The translations under genes and the position numbers were made by a program. The notes under the pieces were generated by a model. It saw nothing but the letters and a program-made list of their open reading frames with translations, had not been told where the DNA came from and did no database searches. A stretch of DNA of 64,000 bases from an uncultured bacterium (lineage in GTDB: Bacteria > Eisenbacteria > RBG-16-71-46), in NCBI GenBank assembly GCA_964418975.1, contig CAYQNV010000172.1, forward strand, positions 24,301 through 88,300, in the 5' to 3' direction. Positions 42,056-55,050 of this stretch are shown one piece after another (the stretch's first letter is position 1; every line of letters begins with the position of its first letter).

Positions 42056-43426
42056 ATGCCCCCGCCCCGCCGCCGACGCAGGCTGCGCTGGGAGACCCGG
42101 CTCCTGCTGCTAACGCTCGGCGGCGGCCTGCCGGCGGTGCTGCTGGCGAGCACGCTACTGGGGCGCACGGCGCTCGATCCGGCGCTCCGCGGGCTGTTGC
42201 TCGCGGTCGTATGGCTCGTGTGGCTGGTATTCGCCGGGCTGGCTGTAGAACGCGCCGTCCGCCCCATGCAGACACTCTCCAACATGATGGCGGCGATCCG
42301 CGAAGGCGACACGTCCATCCGCGCGCGCGGCGCCGATCCCGAGGGAGCGCTGGGACTGGCGCTCTGGGAGGTGAACGCGTTGACCGAGACGGTGCGCCGG
42401 CAACGGCTGGGCGCCATCGCCGCCACCGCGCTGCTCCAGCGCGTCATGGACACCGTGGACGTGGCGGTGTTCGGGTTCGACGCCGAGCGGCGGCTGCGAC
42501 TCGTGAACGGCGAGGGCGAGCGCTTGCTCGGCCGACCCGCCGAGCGCTCGCTGGGCCTGGAGGCGGCCTGGCTCGGGCTGTCCGCGACGCTCGCGGGCGA
42601 CACGCCGCGCCTGGTGGAGTTGCGCCTGGCGGGTGTCGCCGGGCGCTGGGAGCTGCGCCGGGGCAACTACGTCCAGGACGGTCGCCTGCACGAGCTGGTG
42701 TTCCTCTCGGATCTCTCGCGCGCGCTGCGCGAGGAAGAGCGCGAGGCGTGGTTGCGCCTGATCCGCGTGCTGTCGCACGAGATCAACAACTCGTTGGCAC
42801 CCATCCAGTCCATCGCCGGCAGCCTGCGCGAGCAGCTCGGGCGTCCCGAGGCTGCGGCCGCGCCCGGCGGCCCGGAGGGCGCCGACCTGCAAGAAGGCCT
42901 CGGCATCATCGAGGCGCGCGCCCGCTCGCTCGCGCGGTTCATGCACGCCTACGCCCGGCTGGCGCGACTACCGAAACCTTCGCCCGCGCCGGTCGCGGCG
43001 GACGCCTGGGTGCGCCGGGTGGCGGCGCTCGAGACGCGGGTGCCGGTGGAGGTGGTGGGCGGCCCGGCGGTGACGCTTTCGGCCGATGGCGACCAACTGG
43101 ACCAACTACTCATCAACCTGGTGCGGAACGCCGCCGACGCCGCACTCGAGACGGGCGGGCACGTGTGGCTGGAATGGAGCGTCGCGGACGACGCGTTCGA
43201 GCTGCGCGTGCATGACGAAGGCCCGGGCCTGGCCGACACCGCCAACCTGTTCGTGCCGTTCTTCACCACGAAGCCCGAAGGCACCGGCATCGGGCTGGCA
43301 CTGTCGCGTCAGATCGCCGAGGCGCACGGCGGCACGCTGGCGCTGGAGAACCGCGGCGCCGACGCGGCGCGCGGCAGGCGGCCCGGGTGCACGGCGACCG
43401 TGCGGTTGCCGGCGCCGGCCGCATGA
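42056..43426 (+). CDS. Sensor histidine kinase (NtrB/AtoS-like partner).
   Basis: TM segments, HisKA H-box ..[13 protein letters not shown].. and HATPase_c G-boxes ..[18 protein letters not shown].. Confidence 0.8.
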   Translation: MPPPRRRRRLRWETRLLLLTLGGGLPAVLLASTLLGRTALDPALRGLLLAVVWLVWLVFAGLAVERAVRPMQTLSNMMAAIREGDTSIRARGADPEGALGLALWEVNALTETVRRQRLGAIAATALLQRVMDTVDVAVFGFDAERRLRLVNGEGERLLGRPAERSLGLEAAWLGLSATLAGDTPRLVELRLAGVAGRWELRRGNYVQDGRLHELVFLSDLSRALREEEREAWLRLIRVLSHEINNSLAPIQSIAGSLREQLGRPEAAAAPGGPEGADLQEGLGIIEARARSLARFMHAYARLARLPKPSPAPVAADAWVRRVAALETRVPVEVVGGPAVTLSADGDQLDQLLINLVRNAADAALETGGHVWLEWSVADDAFELRVHDEGPGLADTANLFVPFFTTKPEGTGIGLALSRQIAEAHGGTLALENRGADAARGRRPGCTATVRLPAPAA

Positions 43427-43553
43427 CCTCGCGACGCTTCGCCATCGGCGGCGACGCCACCGCGTGCGCGGCGTCGAGTCGGCTGCTATAACTGCCGGGC
43501 TCGCGCCGCCCTGGAGCGGCCCTTCCCGGCACCGGAGCCCGCCCTCGCCCGCC

Positions 43554-45161
43554 ATGGAACGCCTCGAGTCGCACCTCGATCCCGCCAGTGCCGAGTTCCG
43601 AGCCAACGCCGAGCACCACCGCACGCTCGCCGCCGATCTCGAGCGCCGCCACGCCGCCGTCAAGCTGGGCGGTGGCCCCGACCTGGTGAAGCGCCACACC
43701 TCGCGCGGCAAGTTGTTCGTGCGCGAGCGTGTGGAGCGGCTGCTCGACCCCGGCACGGCGTTCCTCGAGCTCTCGCCGCTGGCGGCGAACGGCATGTACG
43801 GCGACGAGGCGCCAGGAGCAGGGCTCGTGACGGGCGTGGGCACCGTGCACGGTCGCCACGTCATGGTGGTGGCGAACGACGCCACGGTGAAGGGCGGCAC
43901 CTATTACCCGATGACCGTGAAGAAACACCTGCGCGCGCAGGAGGTGGCGCTCGAGAACCGGTTGCCCTGCGTGTACCTGGTGGACTCGGGCGGAGCGTTC
44001 CTGCCGCTCCAGGCCGAGGTGTTCCCCGACCGCGAGCACTTCGGTCGCATCTTCTACAACCAGGCGCGCGCCTCGGCGCTCGGCATACCGCAAGTCGCGG
44101 TGGTCATGGGCTCGTGCACGGCGGGCGGTGCCTATGTGCCGGCCATGAGCGACGAGACGGTCATCGTGAAGAATCAGGGCACCATCTTCCTTGGCGGCCC
44201 ACCGCTGGTGAAGGCGGCAACGGGCGAGGAGGTGACCGCCGAGGAGCTGGGCGGTGGCGACGTGCACACGCGCATCTCGGGGGTGGCCGATCACCTGGCT
44301 GACGACGATGCGCACGCGCTCGAGATGGCGCGCGAGATCGTGTCGCATCTGGGCGTCGCTCGCGGGGTCTCGCTGGCGATGCGCACACCGGAGGCGCCGG
44401 CGTACGATCCGGCCGAGCTGCACGGCGTGTTGCCGCGCGACACGCGCACGCCCTACGACGTGAAGGAGGTGCTGGCGCGACTCGTGGACGGCTCGCGGTT
44501 TCACGAGTTCAAGGCGCGCTATGGCACCACTCTCGTCTGCGGCTTCGCGCACCTCATGGGCATGCCGGTGGCGATCCTCGCCAACCAGGGCATCCTGTTC
44601 AGCGAGAGCGCGCTCAAGGGCACGCACTTCATCGAACTGGCCGCCCAGCGCGGCGTGCCGCTGTTGTTTCTCCAGAACATCACCGGCTTCATGGTGGGCC
44701 GCCAGTACGAGCACGGAGGCATCGCCAAGGACGGTGCCAAGCTGGTGCACGCGGTGGCGAACGCTCCTTGCCCCAAGCTCACCGTGGTGATCGGGGGTAG
44801 CTTCGGCGCCGGCAACTACGGCATGTGCGGGCGCGCCTACCAGCCGCGCTTCCTCTACATGTGGCCGAACAGCCGCATCAGCGTGATGGGCGGCGAGCAG
44901 GCGGCGAGCGTGCTGGCGCAGGTGCGACAGACGGGACTCGAGGCGTCGGGCAAGAAGATGACCGACGCCGAGGTGAAGGCGTTCAAGCAGCCCATTCTCG
45001 ACAAGTACGAGGAGGAGGGGAGTCCTTACTACTCCACGGCGCGTCTATGGGACGACGGCGTGATCGACCCGGCCGCCACGCGCGAAGTGCTGGCGCTCTC
45101 GCTGGCGGCCTCGCTCAATGCGCCGATCCCGGAGATGAAGTTCGGCGTGTTCCGGATGTAG
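43554..45161 (+). CDS. Methylcrotonyl-CoA carboxylase beta subunit (carboxyltransferase).
   Basis: 535 aa acyl-CoA carboxyltransferase with N- and C-terminal CT domains (..[14 protein letters not shown].., ..[11 protein letters not shown]..). Confidence 0.85.
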   Translation: MERLESHLDPASAEFRANAEHHRTLAADLERRHAAVKLGGGPDLVKRHTSRGKLFVRERVERLLDPGTAFLELSPLAANGMYGDEAPGAGLVTGVGTVHGRHVMVVANDATVKGGTYYPMTVKKHLRAQEVALENRLPCVYLVDSGGAFLPLQAEVFPDREHFGRIFYNQARASALGIPQVAVVMGSCTAGGAYVPAMSDETVIVKNQGTIFLGGPPLVKAATGEEVTAEELGGGDVHTRISGVADHLADDDAHALEMAREIVSHLGVARGVSLAMRTPEAPAYDPAELHGVLPRDTRTPYDVKEVLARLVDGSRFHEFKARYGTTLVCGFAHLMGMPVAILANQGILFSESALKGTHFIELAAQRGVPLLFLQNITGFMVGRQYEHGGIAKDGAKLVHAVANAPCPKLTVVIGGSFGAGNYGMCGRAYQPRFLYMWPNSRISVMGGEQAASVLAQVRQTGLEASGKKMTDAEVKAFKQPILDKYEEEGSPYYSTARLWDDGVIDPAATREVLALSLAASLNAPIPEMKFGVFRM

Positions 45162-45173
45162 GGGGCGGACGCT

Positions 45174-45809
45174 CTAGTCCAGCCGCACGCTCGCATCGCC
45201 CACGCCCACGTGCAATCGCACCGAAGCGCGTCCGGAGCCGGCCGACCATGAGGCGTGCGAGCCGATGAAGCCGTGGCGCTCGGTGCCCGAGCCGCCGCCG
45301 CGGATGCTGGCATCGCCGATTCCGGTGTCCACCGAGATACGCCCCGCGCGCGTGCGCGACGTACGGATGTCGGCCTCGCCCACGCCGAGGTCCACGTCGA
45401 GGTCGCCCTCGAGTCCGGCGATCTCCAACTGGCCCACGCCCATCTCGACGCGCAGCGCGAGCGCGGGCGGTACGTGCAGCACGCCCATCACCGTGAATCT
45501 CTTGTTGTTCCACTTGGGGTAGTTGTCGAGCTTCAGGTGCAGCGTGCCAGCCTTGTCGTCGCTGTCAAGCCGCAGCCGGTTCGCGAGTTCCTCGCAGCGC
45601 TCCTCACTGTGGCTGCGACAGCGAACCCGTAGCTCGAAGCGCACCGTGGAACCCTCGCTCGGCAGGATCCGGAGTTCGCCGATCGGGAACTCGATTCGCA
45701 CGCGGTGGTTCTTCGAAACTGCGAATGTGTGCGGCTCGGTCTCGAGCACAGCCGCGTGGAGCGGCGCGGCCACGAGCAGCGCGGCAGCGAAGGATGTGGA
45801 AAGCCTCAT
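45174..45809 (-). CDS. Secreted beta-strand-repeat lipoprotein-like protein (DUF4097-like C terminus).
   Basis: RBS GGAGG then ATG at 45809. Signal peptide MRLSTSFAAALLVAAPLHA. C terminus ..ISVDTGIGDASIRGGGSG..VRLHVGVGDASVRLD. Confidence 0.5.
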   Translation of the reverse strand: MRLSTSFAAALLVAAPLHAAVLETEPHTFAVSKNHRVRIEFPIGELRILPSEGSTVRFELRVRCRSHSEERCEELANRLRLDSDDKAGTLHLKLDNYPKWNNKRFTVMGVLHVPPALALRVEMGVGQLEIAGLEGDLDVDLGVGEADIRTSRTRAGRISVDTGIGDASIRGGGSGTERHGFIGSHASWSAGSGRASVRLHVGVGDASVRLD

Positions 45810-46189
45810 GACGACCTCCGAATGGGATCGCGTGGACCGGGCGAGGTCCAGGCGCGGTGGGGCGCCTGCGCGTGCTTGGTGGTACGCCGCGGTAGGCGAT
45901 GGGGTTGCGCGCCGTGTGGCCGACGAGCGAACCCGAGGATGGGCGACTGGCCAGTCGCGCTGGCGGCAACTCGCGGCAGCGGGCCATGATGCGGCCATCG
46001 CCCGCTGCTCGCTGTGAGCCTCGGCCGAGTTGGCAGCCGCACGATCCTGTGTGCCTAGCGGGAGATCTCCGCACAGCAGGGGCTTGAAGCGGTAAGCGGC
46101 GCCCACCATGCCCATCCGGATTATCGCACGAACGGGTCACACACCGTTCCAGTCCTTCGCGGACGGCCTCGCGGCGATGCGCTCGGAAA

Positions 46190-46199
46190 GGGGGGGGGG
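46190..46199 (+). repeat. Homopolymeric G10 tract, about 155 bp upstream of the first NHL paralog.
   Basis: Ten consecutive G in an otherwise non-repetitive intergenic region. Confidence 0.6.
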
Positions 46200-46353
46200 A
46201 TTCCGAGGCCGCGTAGGCCGGACTCAGCCAACTCCGGAACGCGCCGTTGTGCGCTGACCGTCAGCAATGAACACTTGACCCACTCCACCCTCGGGCGGAC
46301 GCTCCTTCATCGCTCGGTCCACGGTCCCCATCTCCGCTCAGGAGGGTCGTTCC

Positions 46354-47310
46354 ATGCTCAGCAAACTGCTCCTCACTGCGTGCGTCACATTGGCAACTGT
46401 CTGCGCCGCAAGGGCGGACATGGCCCCCAGCCTTCTCCAGATCCTGCCGTACTATTTCAACCAGCCCCATCAGATAGTCGAGTCCTCCGACGGGCGTGTC
46501 TTTGTCACCGACGGTTACAACAACCGTGTGGCGATATTCTCCCTGGGGGGATCCTTCCTCTCGCAGTTCGGCACGCTCGGTTCAGGCCTGAGCGATCTGC
46601 ACATCCCCGGCGGACTCGTATTCGACCCCGCGGGAAACCTCTTCGTTGCGGACCAGTTCAATCACCGAATCGTCAAGTACTCGCCCGGGCTCGCACCGCT
46701 CATCAGCTTCGGTTCACTCGGATCGGGTCCAGGTCAACTGGTCTACCCGACCAATCTCGGGATCTCGCCCGATGGTACGCGGCTCTATGTCGCCGAGCTG
46801 GGCAATCATCGAGTGAGCATGTTCGATACGAATGGTGGGTTCATCGGAAGCTTCGGCAACTTTGGGGTCGGGCCCGTGCAGTTCGATCACCCGTGGGCGC
46901 TGGTCGTCGATCAACTCGGGCGGGTCTATGTCGGTGACCAGTACAATCACCGGATCGAGATCTTCGACGGCACGGGCTCATACATCACCCAGTTCGGCAG
47001 CCCCGGCTCGGGCCTGGGGCAATTCAACTACCCGGTCGGCATGAGCTTCAGTGCGGCGGGTGATCTGTACGTCTGCGACCAGCTCAACAATCGCGTGCAG
47101 AAGATGACACACAACGGCGCGCCCCTCTTGAGCTGGGGAACCTACGGATCCGGTCCGACCAACTTCTACAACCCTGGGTGCGTTCTGGTCACCTCAGACC
47201 ACCGCATCTGGGTGAGCGACACCTACAACTATCGGATAAAGATATTCGGCGACGCAGTAACGACAACGACCAAGAGCACTTGGGCTCAAGTCAAGGCAAG
47301 GTATCGCTGA
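46354..47310 (+). CDS. Secreted NHL-repeat beta-propeller protein (paralog 1).
   Basis: Signal peptide. Six NHL-like units (..FNHRIVKYSP.., ..GNHRVSMFD.., ..YNHRIEIFD.., ..LNNRVQKMT..). C terminus ..STWAQVKARYR. Confidence 0.8.
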   Translation: MLSKLLLTACVTLATVCAARADMAPSLLQILPYYFNQPHQIVESSDGRVFVTDGYNNRVAIFSLGGSFLSQFGTLGSGLSDLHIPGGLVFDPAGNLFVADQFNHRIVKYSPGLAPLISFGSLGSGPGQLVYPTNLGISPDGTRLYVAELGNHRVSMFDTNGGFIGSFGNFGVGPVQFDHPWALVVDQLGRVYVGDQYNHRIEIFDGTGSYITQFGSPGSGLGQFNYPVGMSFSAAGDLYVCDQLNNRVQKMTHNGAPLLSWGTYGSGPTNFYNPGCVLVTSDHRIWVSDTYNYRIKIFGDAVTTTTKSTWAQVKARYR

Positions 47311-47461
47311 TCTGGAGTGACCTGCTGTCAACAACGACCACCTTCGTTCGAGGGGGTGGTCGTCGTGTTTCTGGATCGGAGCGAAGGGCGGCCACCAAGG
47401 CAGGGCGCTTCGACGCCGAGTCACGCTGATATGCGCGGGTTGCTCCCTGAGGAACCGAGTC

Positions 47462-47545
47462 GCATGCGAGCCGATGATGCCGTCGCGCTCGGTGCCTGAG
47501 TCGGCGCCGCGGCTGCTGGCATCGCCGATTCCCGTGTCCACGGAG
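47462..47545 (-). repeat. 84-bp fragment copy (about 88% identity) of the 3' coding region of lipoprotein gene 45174..45809, lying between the NHL paralogs.
   Basis: Aligns to 45253..45336 and would encode ..SVDTGIGDAS.RG..SGTER.G.IGSHA. Confidence 0.55.
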
Positions 47546-47748
47546 CATCGCCTGTAGGGCACCGCCCGATGACGTCCTCTACGAAGGGCACGCGACCTGG
47601 GCGCCGCCGACATGTCTGCCGCGGGACCGGCGCTCCGACCCCGAAAGGTGCATCCGCCGCCGAAAACTCTTGCCTGGTGTCCATCGATACAAGAGGCTCG
47701 TTGGGAGACCGGTGCAAGGCCCACGAGTCCACCGAGGAGGTTTCTTCC

Positions 47749-48705
47749 ATGCCCCGCAAGCTGCTTCTCACTGCCTGTATCACACTCGCAACCGTCTGCG
47801 TCGCGTCGGCTGACACCGCTCCCAGCCTGCACCAGACCCTGCCGTACTATTTCAACCAGCCCAGCCAAATCGTCGAGTCCTCGGACGGACGCGTCTTCGT
47901 TGCCGACAGCTACAACAACCGAGTGATGATCTTTTCGCTGGGGGGATTGTATCTCTCGCAATTCGGCTCGATCGGCTCGGGTCTGGGCAATCTGTACATC
48001 CCGAGCGGACTCGTGTTCGACCACTCGGGAAATCTCTTCGTCGCCGACCAGTTCAATCACCGCATCGTCAAGTACTCGCCCGGCCTCGCGCCCCTCATCA
48101 GCTTCGGCTCGCTGGGATCGGGCCCGGGCCAACTGGTCTACCCCACCAATCTCGGACTCTCGCCCGATGGCACGCGGATCTATGTGGCGGAGTTGGGCAA
48201 CCATCGTGTGAGCATGTTCGATACCAATGGCGGGTTCATCGGCAGCTTCGGCAGCATCGGAGTAGGCATGACGCAGTTCGATCACCCGTGGGCGTTGGTC
48301 GTTGACCCGCTCGGGCGGGTCTACGTCGGTGACCAGTACAACCATCGAATCGAGATCTTCGACGGCACCGGCTCGTACATCACTCAGTTCGGTAGCCCCG
48401 GGTCGGCTCTAGGGCAATTCAACTACCCGGTCGGCATGAGCTTCAACGCGGCGGGCGATCTGTACGTCTGCGACCAACTCAACAATCGGGTGCAGAAGCT
48501 GACGCACGACGGCGCGCCCATCTTGAGCTGGGGGACTTACGGATTTGGTCCGACCAATTTCTATAATCCTTGGTGCGTGCTGGTCACCTCGGACAACCGC
48601 ATCTGGGTGAGCGACACGTACAACTATCAAATGAAGATCTTCAGCGACCAGGTGACGCCGACGCTCAAGGAGACCTGGGGAAAGCTCAAGGCACGCTTCC
48701 GGTGA
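47749..48705 (+). CDS. Secreted NHL-repeat beta-propeller protein (paralog 2, tandem duplicate).
   Basis: Roughly 85% nucleotide identity to 46354..47310, including upstream and downstream flanks. C terminus ..ETWGKLKARFR. Confidence 0.8.
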   Translation: MPRKLLLTACITLATVCVASADTAPSLHQTLPYYFNQPSQIVESSDGRVFVADSYNNRVMIFSLGGLYLSQFGSIGSGLGNLYIPSGLVFDHSGNLFVADQFNHRIVKYSPGLAPLISFGSLGSGPGQLVYPTNLGLSPDGTRIYVAELGNHRVSMFDTNGGFIGSFGSIGVGMTQFDHPWALVVDPLGRVYVGDQYNHRIEIFDGTGSYITQFGSPGSALGQFNYPVGMSFNAAGDLYVCDQLNNRVQKLTHDGAPILSWGTYGFGPTNFYNPWCVLVTSDNRIWVSDTYNYQMKIFSDQVTPTLKETWGKLKARFR

Positions 48706-48723
48706 TCTGGGCGACCCACCTGC

Positions 48724-49815
48724 TCACACGAAATCCGGGTCCCCGTAGGTCACGCTCCAGTTCTCGGACGTCCGCAGCAGGGCCTCCAATGCATCGTCGT
48801 CGATCGCCCGCCCGACCAGGACGTTCTCGATGACCGAGCCGACCGAGAGGTCTTTCAAGACACTGGCGTGGAAGCCCGAGTTGTGGCCGAGGAAGCCCAG
48901 CGTTCGCGAGCGGGCCTCAATGCACTTCTGCTGGATCTCGGCGATCAGGCGCTGGCCGACGAGGACTTCCTGCCCCGCTACGAGTAGTTCACAGAGCATG
49001 ACCGCGCCGTCGCGCTCGAGCAGCACGGACATGGCGATCAGTTCGTGCTCTCGCATCAGGCCAGCGTAGGCGAACTCGTGGTCGGGATTCAGGTCGTAGC
49101 GCCAGCGGAGATATTCCGCGTCCTTCCAGAACGAGAGCCGCTGCTGCTGGCGACAGGTGTCCCACAGGGAGTCGCAGCCCGGAGGAGCTTCCCTCGAGTA
49201 GAAGAAGCGAAGGCTGTCGGGAGAGGCGCGCACGAGGCGTCGAAGGTCCTGCTGCTGGCGCGCGGCGGTCACAGCGCGAAACGCGGTATTCAGTCCGCGT
49301 GCGAGCCACGGTATGCGGAGCAGCTTGCGTAGCGGTTGCTCGAGATCGAGCCGGAGCGTGAACCGCCGTACACCGCAAAGCGGCTTCCAGCCCAGCGTGT
49401 GCGTGAACCCGGGATAGGACATCGCGGTTGGGTTGGGGAATGCCACGATCGCCCGGCCGCCGGCTACCGCGAGCATCTCGTAGGAGTGCCTCGCCATCTG
49501 TTCGAACATGCCCTGCTTGCGGTATTCGGGATGAACCACGAGGTCGACGATCTGGAAAGCGAGCACGGGGTTCCCGTCGACAGCAAGCTTGAACGGGAGG
49601 CACATATACGTCCCTACTAATCTGCCGTCGGCGTTTCGACGCGCGAGTGACGCGAAAGGGCCGCCGTAGGGATTGCTCTGGAATCGCCAGTTCCAGGTCG
49701 CGAGCGAGCGGTCCTTGTCGAAGCCGGCATTGAAGAGTTCGAGGATCTCGCGTTCGTCCCCGGCCCGGTAGGGACCAAGCGCCCATTCACGCAGCTCGCG
49801 CCGCGGCTCACGCAT
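48724..49815 (-). CDS. Two-lobed GNAT-like acyltransferase (FemAB / MshD-like fold).
   Basis: N-lobe ..QIVDLVVHPEYRKQGMFEQMA.. (acetyl-CoA motif) and a second GNAT-like C-lobe. Start MREPRRELREW.. is an internal Met of ORF 48724..49914. Confidence 0.5.
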   Translation of the reverse strand: MREPRRELREWALGPYRAGDEREILELFNAGFDKDRSLATWNWRFQSNPYGGPFASLARRNADGRLVGTYMCLPFKLAVDGNPVLAFQIVDLVVHPEYRKQGMFEQMARHSYEMLAVAGGRAIVAFPNPTAMSYPGFTHTLGWKPLCGVRRFTLRLDLEQPLRKLLRIPWLARGLNTAFRAVTAARQQQDLRRLVRASPDSLRFFYSREAPPGCDSLWDTCRQQQRLSFWKDAEYLRWRYDLNPDHEFAYAGLMREHELIAMSVLLERDGAVMLCELLVAGQEVLVGQRLIAEIQQKCIEARSRTLGFLGHNSGFHASVLKDLSVGSVIENVLVGRAIDDDALEALLRTSENWSVTYGDPDFV

Positions 49816-51238
49816 CGGACGACCCGACCGAGAGCATCCACTCGTGGTGCCGGGTCGCCGGCGCTGCAAAGAATGCCTCGACGAACGCGGGCCGCCCGAG
49901 GAGCCGGCAGCCATGGTAGAAGGAGCGTGCCTCGCAGAGATGCGAAAGGTCGTCGATCTTCATGGCCGTGGCGTACATCTCGATCAGTCGCTCGACGCGC
50001 TCCTCGACCGGCGTGATATCGCAGATGACATTGGCGGGGACCAGACTCCAGATCTCCGAATAGAGGATCCGGCATCGGCTGGCGTCGAACGGCGCATCCG
50101 CGAGCGCCTCATCGAGAATACGATTGAAGGTGAAATGGTCCGGATGAATGTCGGTGACGAACGGCGTGAAGATAAGGTCGGGCTCGAGCTCGCGTAGCAC
50201 CTGCTTCATCCACTCGACGCTCTGCGGGCGGACCCGGAACGCGCGATTGTCCTGTTTCCAGAAGACGAGTTCCGAAGCTCCTAACGCGTCCCCGACGATG
50301 CGCGCTTCGTCCAACCGAATGGAGGTGCGCACGCTCTCGGGCATCTCGTGAAGCGCCGCCGAAGCCGATCCATCCGTGGCGTGGATCACGGTCACGCGTG
50401 CGCCGTGCTCGATGAGCCGGAGCAGTGTTCCGGCGCTGCCGACCAGCTCGTCGTCGGCATGGGGTGCCAGCACGAGCACCTTTGCGCCGGCATGCAAGGC
50501 AGGATCGAGCGGGAGGCACGGCTGGCTTGCGACATGGGGATGTCGCGCGAGCCATCGCGCGCGAATGTCCGTGAATCGCTGATGAGCGTCTTCATATCGC
50601 CGCGTGAACTCTTGCGCGTCCGGTGCATCACCCCGGGTGATCCGTGCGGCGAGTCCGGGCAGGCGTCGCGCCACCACGAAGTGGCGGTCGCACCATTCCA
50701 GCGCACCGGCGGCCCGACGATCGGACCGGGCCGGGGACTCGAGGAATCGGTGGCCGGACCAGCTTTCGACCTCGAAGTGAAGCGTAGCAAGCATGCTCTC
50801 GAGCGATGTGCGCAGATAGCGCCTTCCGGCGAAGGTCCTGCGCACGCCCGCGGGGCCCAATCGACGCCGGAGGCGAGCGAGCGCCCGGGAAACCACGAAT
50901 CGAATGGCGCCGAGAGAGAAAAACGCCGTGAGGTTGGGTACGGCGAGCAGCAGCCGGCCGCCGCGCTTCAGGATGCGGTGCATTCGCTGTAGCGCCCAGC
51001 GATCCCACTCGAGCCGCTCGAGTGTCGAGGTGACGACGACGGCCTCAAAGGTCTCGTCAGGATAGTCCAGCGAATCCGCATTCTCGGGGCGCTCCATGCG
51101 CCAGTGCGTCCCTGCGGGTGCAGCGGCCGACGCCGACGAGCCCCCGCTCACCAGGAGCACCCTCGCGTCACGGGGCAGTCCGGCCTGATCCAGGATCTGG
51201 AGCGCCTGCGCTTCCATGTCGTTCCGCCGGTCTGGCAT
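49808..51238 (-). CDS. Fusion of a class I SAM-dependent methyltransferase and a PIG-L/LmbE family N-acetylglucosaminyl deacetylase.
   Basis: N-terminal half ..VLLVSGGS..VVVTSTLERLE..LKRGGRLLLAVPN (methyltransf_11-like). C-terminal half ..VLVLAPHADDELVGSAGTLL..VTVIHATDGS (PIG-L motif). Confidence 0.6.
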   Translation of the reverse strand: MPDRRNDMEAQALQILDQAGLPRDARVLLVSGGSSASAAAPAGTHWRMERPENADSLDYPDETFEAVVVTSTLERLEWDRWALQRMHRILKRGGRLLLAVPNLTAFFSLGAIRFVVSRALARLRRRLGPAGVRRTFAGRRYLRTSLESMLATLHFEVESWSGHRFLESPARSDRRAAGALEWCDRHFVVARRLPGLAARITRGDAPDAQEFTRRYEDAHQRFTDIRARWLARHPHVASQPCLPLDPALHAGAKVLVLAPHADDELVGSAGTLLRLIEHGARVTVIHATDGSASAALHEMPESVRTSIRLDEARIVGDALGASELVFWKQDNRAFRVRPQSVEWMKQVLRELEPDLIFTPFVTDIHPDHFTFNRILDEALADAPFDASRCRILYSEIWSLVPANVICDITPVEERVERLIEMYATAMKIDDLSHLCEARSFYHGCRLLGRPAFVEAFFAAPATRHHEWMLSVGSSDA

Positions 51239-51431
51239 CGAAACGCGAATCCTCCCGTTAGCTCCGCGGTCGGCCGGAGGCGAGGACGAAAAGCTACCGC
51301 CAGCCTAACCCAGACATTCGGGCATGCGCAGCTTCAGACCCGGCATCGATGACCGAGATGGCATGGCGTCTCGGGCTGGAACTGCGCGGCCTGAAGCCGC
51401 CATTGGCGGCGATTCCTGACCCGCGGCTACG

Positions 51432-54155
<2,724 letters not shown>

Positions 54156-54166
54156 CGGCGCCCCGC

Positions 54167-55036
54167 GTGTCGCCCGACGTCCTGCTGCTGGTGCTGGGCT
54201 CGGCGGTCGTGCACGCCACCTGGAACCTGTGGACCAAGCAGCTGGGGCCCGCCGTGCGCAGCGCGCCTCTCCTGTGGCTGCTCACCGCCATCTCGTCGGT
54301 GGCGTACGCGCCGTTCGCGCTGGCACTACTCGCCTCGAGCGGCTGGCGGCCCGACGGCGGCGCAATCGCGCTCATCGTGGGCAGCGGTGTCATCCACGTG
54401 GGCTATTTCGTGCTGCTCCTGCGCGGCTACCGCGCCGCCGACCTGTCGCTCGTCTACCCACTCGCGCGCGGCACGGGACCGCTGCTCGCCGCCGCCGGCG
54501 CGGTGTTGTTACTGGGGGAGCGGCCCACGCCGCTGTCGGTCGCGGGAGCGCTGCTCGTGGTGGCGGGCGTGCTGGTCACGACGGGGCGCCCGGCCAGCTT
54601 GAGCACGGCCGCGATCGGACCCGGCGTGCGCTACGGAATCGCCACGGGCGTGGCGATCGCCGTCTACACGCTGTGGGACGGTTGGTCGGTCAAGCGCGCC
54701 GCGATTCCGCCGCTGCTCTTCTACTGGGGCGGCGAGATGGTGCGAGTGGCGCTGTTGTCGCCGGCCGCACTGGGCGCGCGCCGCGAGATGCGCGAGCTGT
54801 GGCGCACGCAGCGTCTTCGCGTGCTGGGGATCGCGCTGTTGAGCCCGTTGAGCTACATCCTTATCCTGCTCGCGCTCAAGCGTGGCGACGTGGGACACAT
54901 CGCGCCCGCGCGCGAGGTGAGCATCCTGATCGGCGCGTGGCTCGGCGGGCGCGTGCTGGGCGAAGGCGACCGCCGCCGGCGGCTCGTGGCCGCCGCGGCA
55001 TTCGCGGCGGGTGTGGTGGCACTGGCGTTGGCCTGA
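54167..55036 (+). CDS. EamA/DMT family transporter.
   Basis: GTG at 54167 inside ORF 52715..55036. About ten TM segments with two EamA-like halves. Confidence 0.65.
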   Translation: MSPDVLLLVLGSAVVHATWNLWTKQLGPAVRSAPLLWLLTAISSVAYAPFALALLASSGWRPDGGAIALIVGSGVIHVGYFVLLLRGYRAADLSLVYPLARGTGPLLAAAGAVLLLGERPTPLSVAGALLVVAGVLVTTGRPASLSTAAIGPGVRYGIATGVAIAVYTLWDGWSVKRAAIPPLLFYWGGEMVRVALLSPAALGARREMRELWRTQRLRVLGIALLSPLSYILILLALKRGDVGHIAPAREVSILIGAWLGGRVLGEGDRRRRLVAAAAFAAGVVALALA

Positions 55037-55050
55037 GAGCGAGGACCCGG

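Noticed and set aside
46233-46262. GGAAC-N17-CCGTCA upstream of the first NHL gene, resembling an ECF-type promoter.
   Set aside because: It is a single weak match with no second copy upstream of the paralog, and it cannot be separated from chance in GC-rich DNA. Left as unproven.
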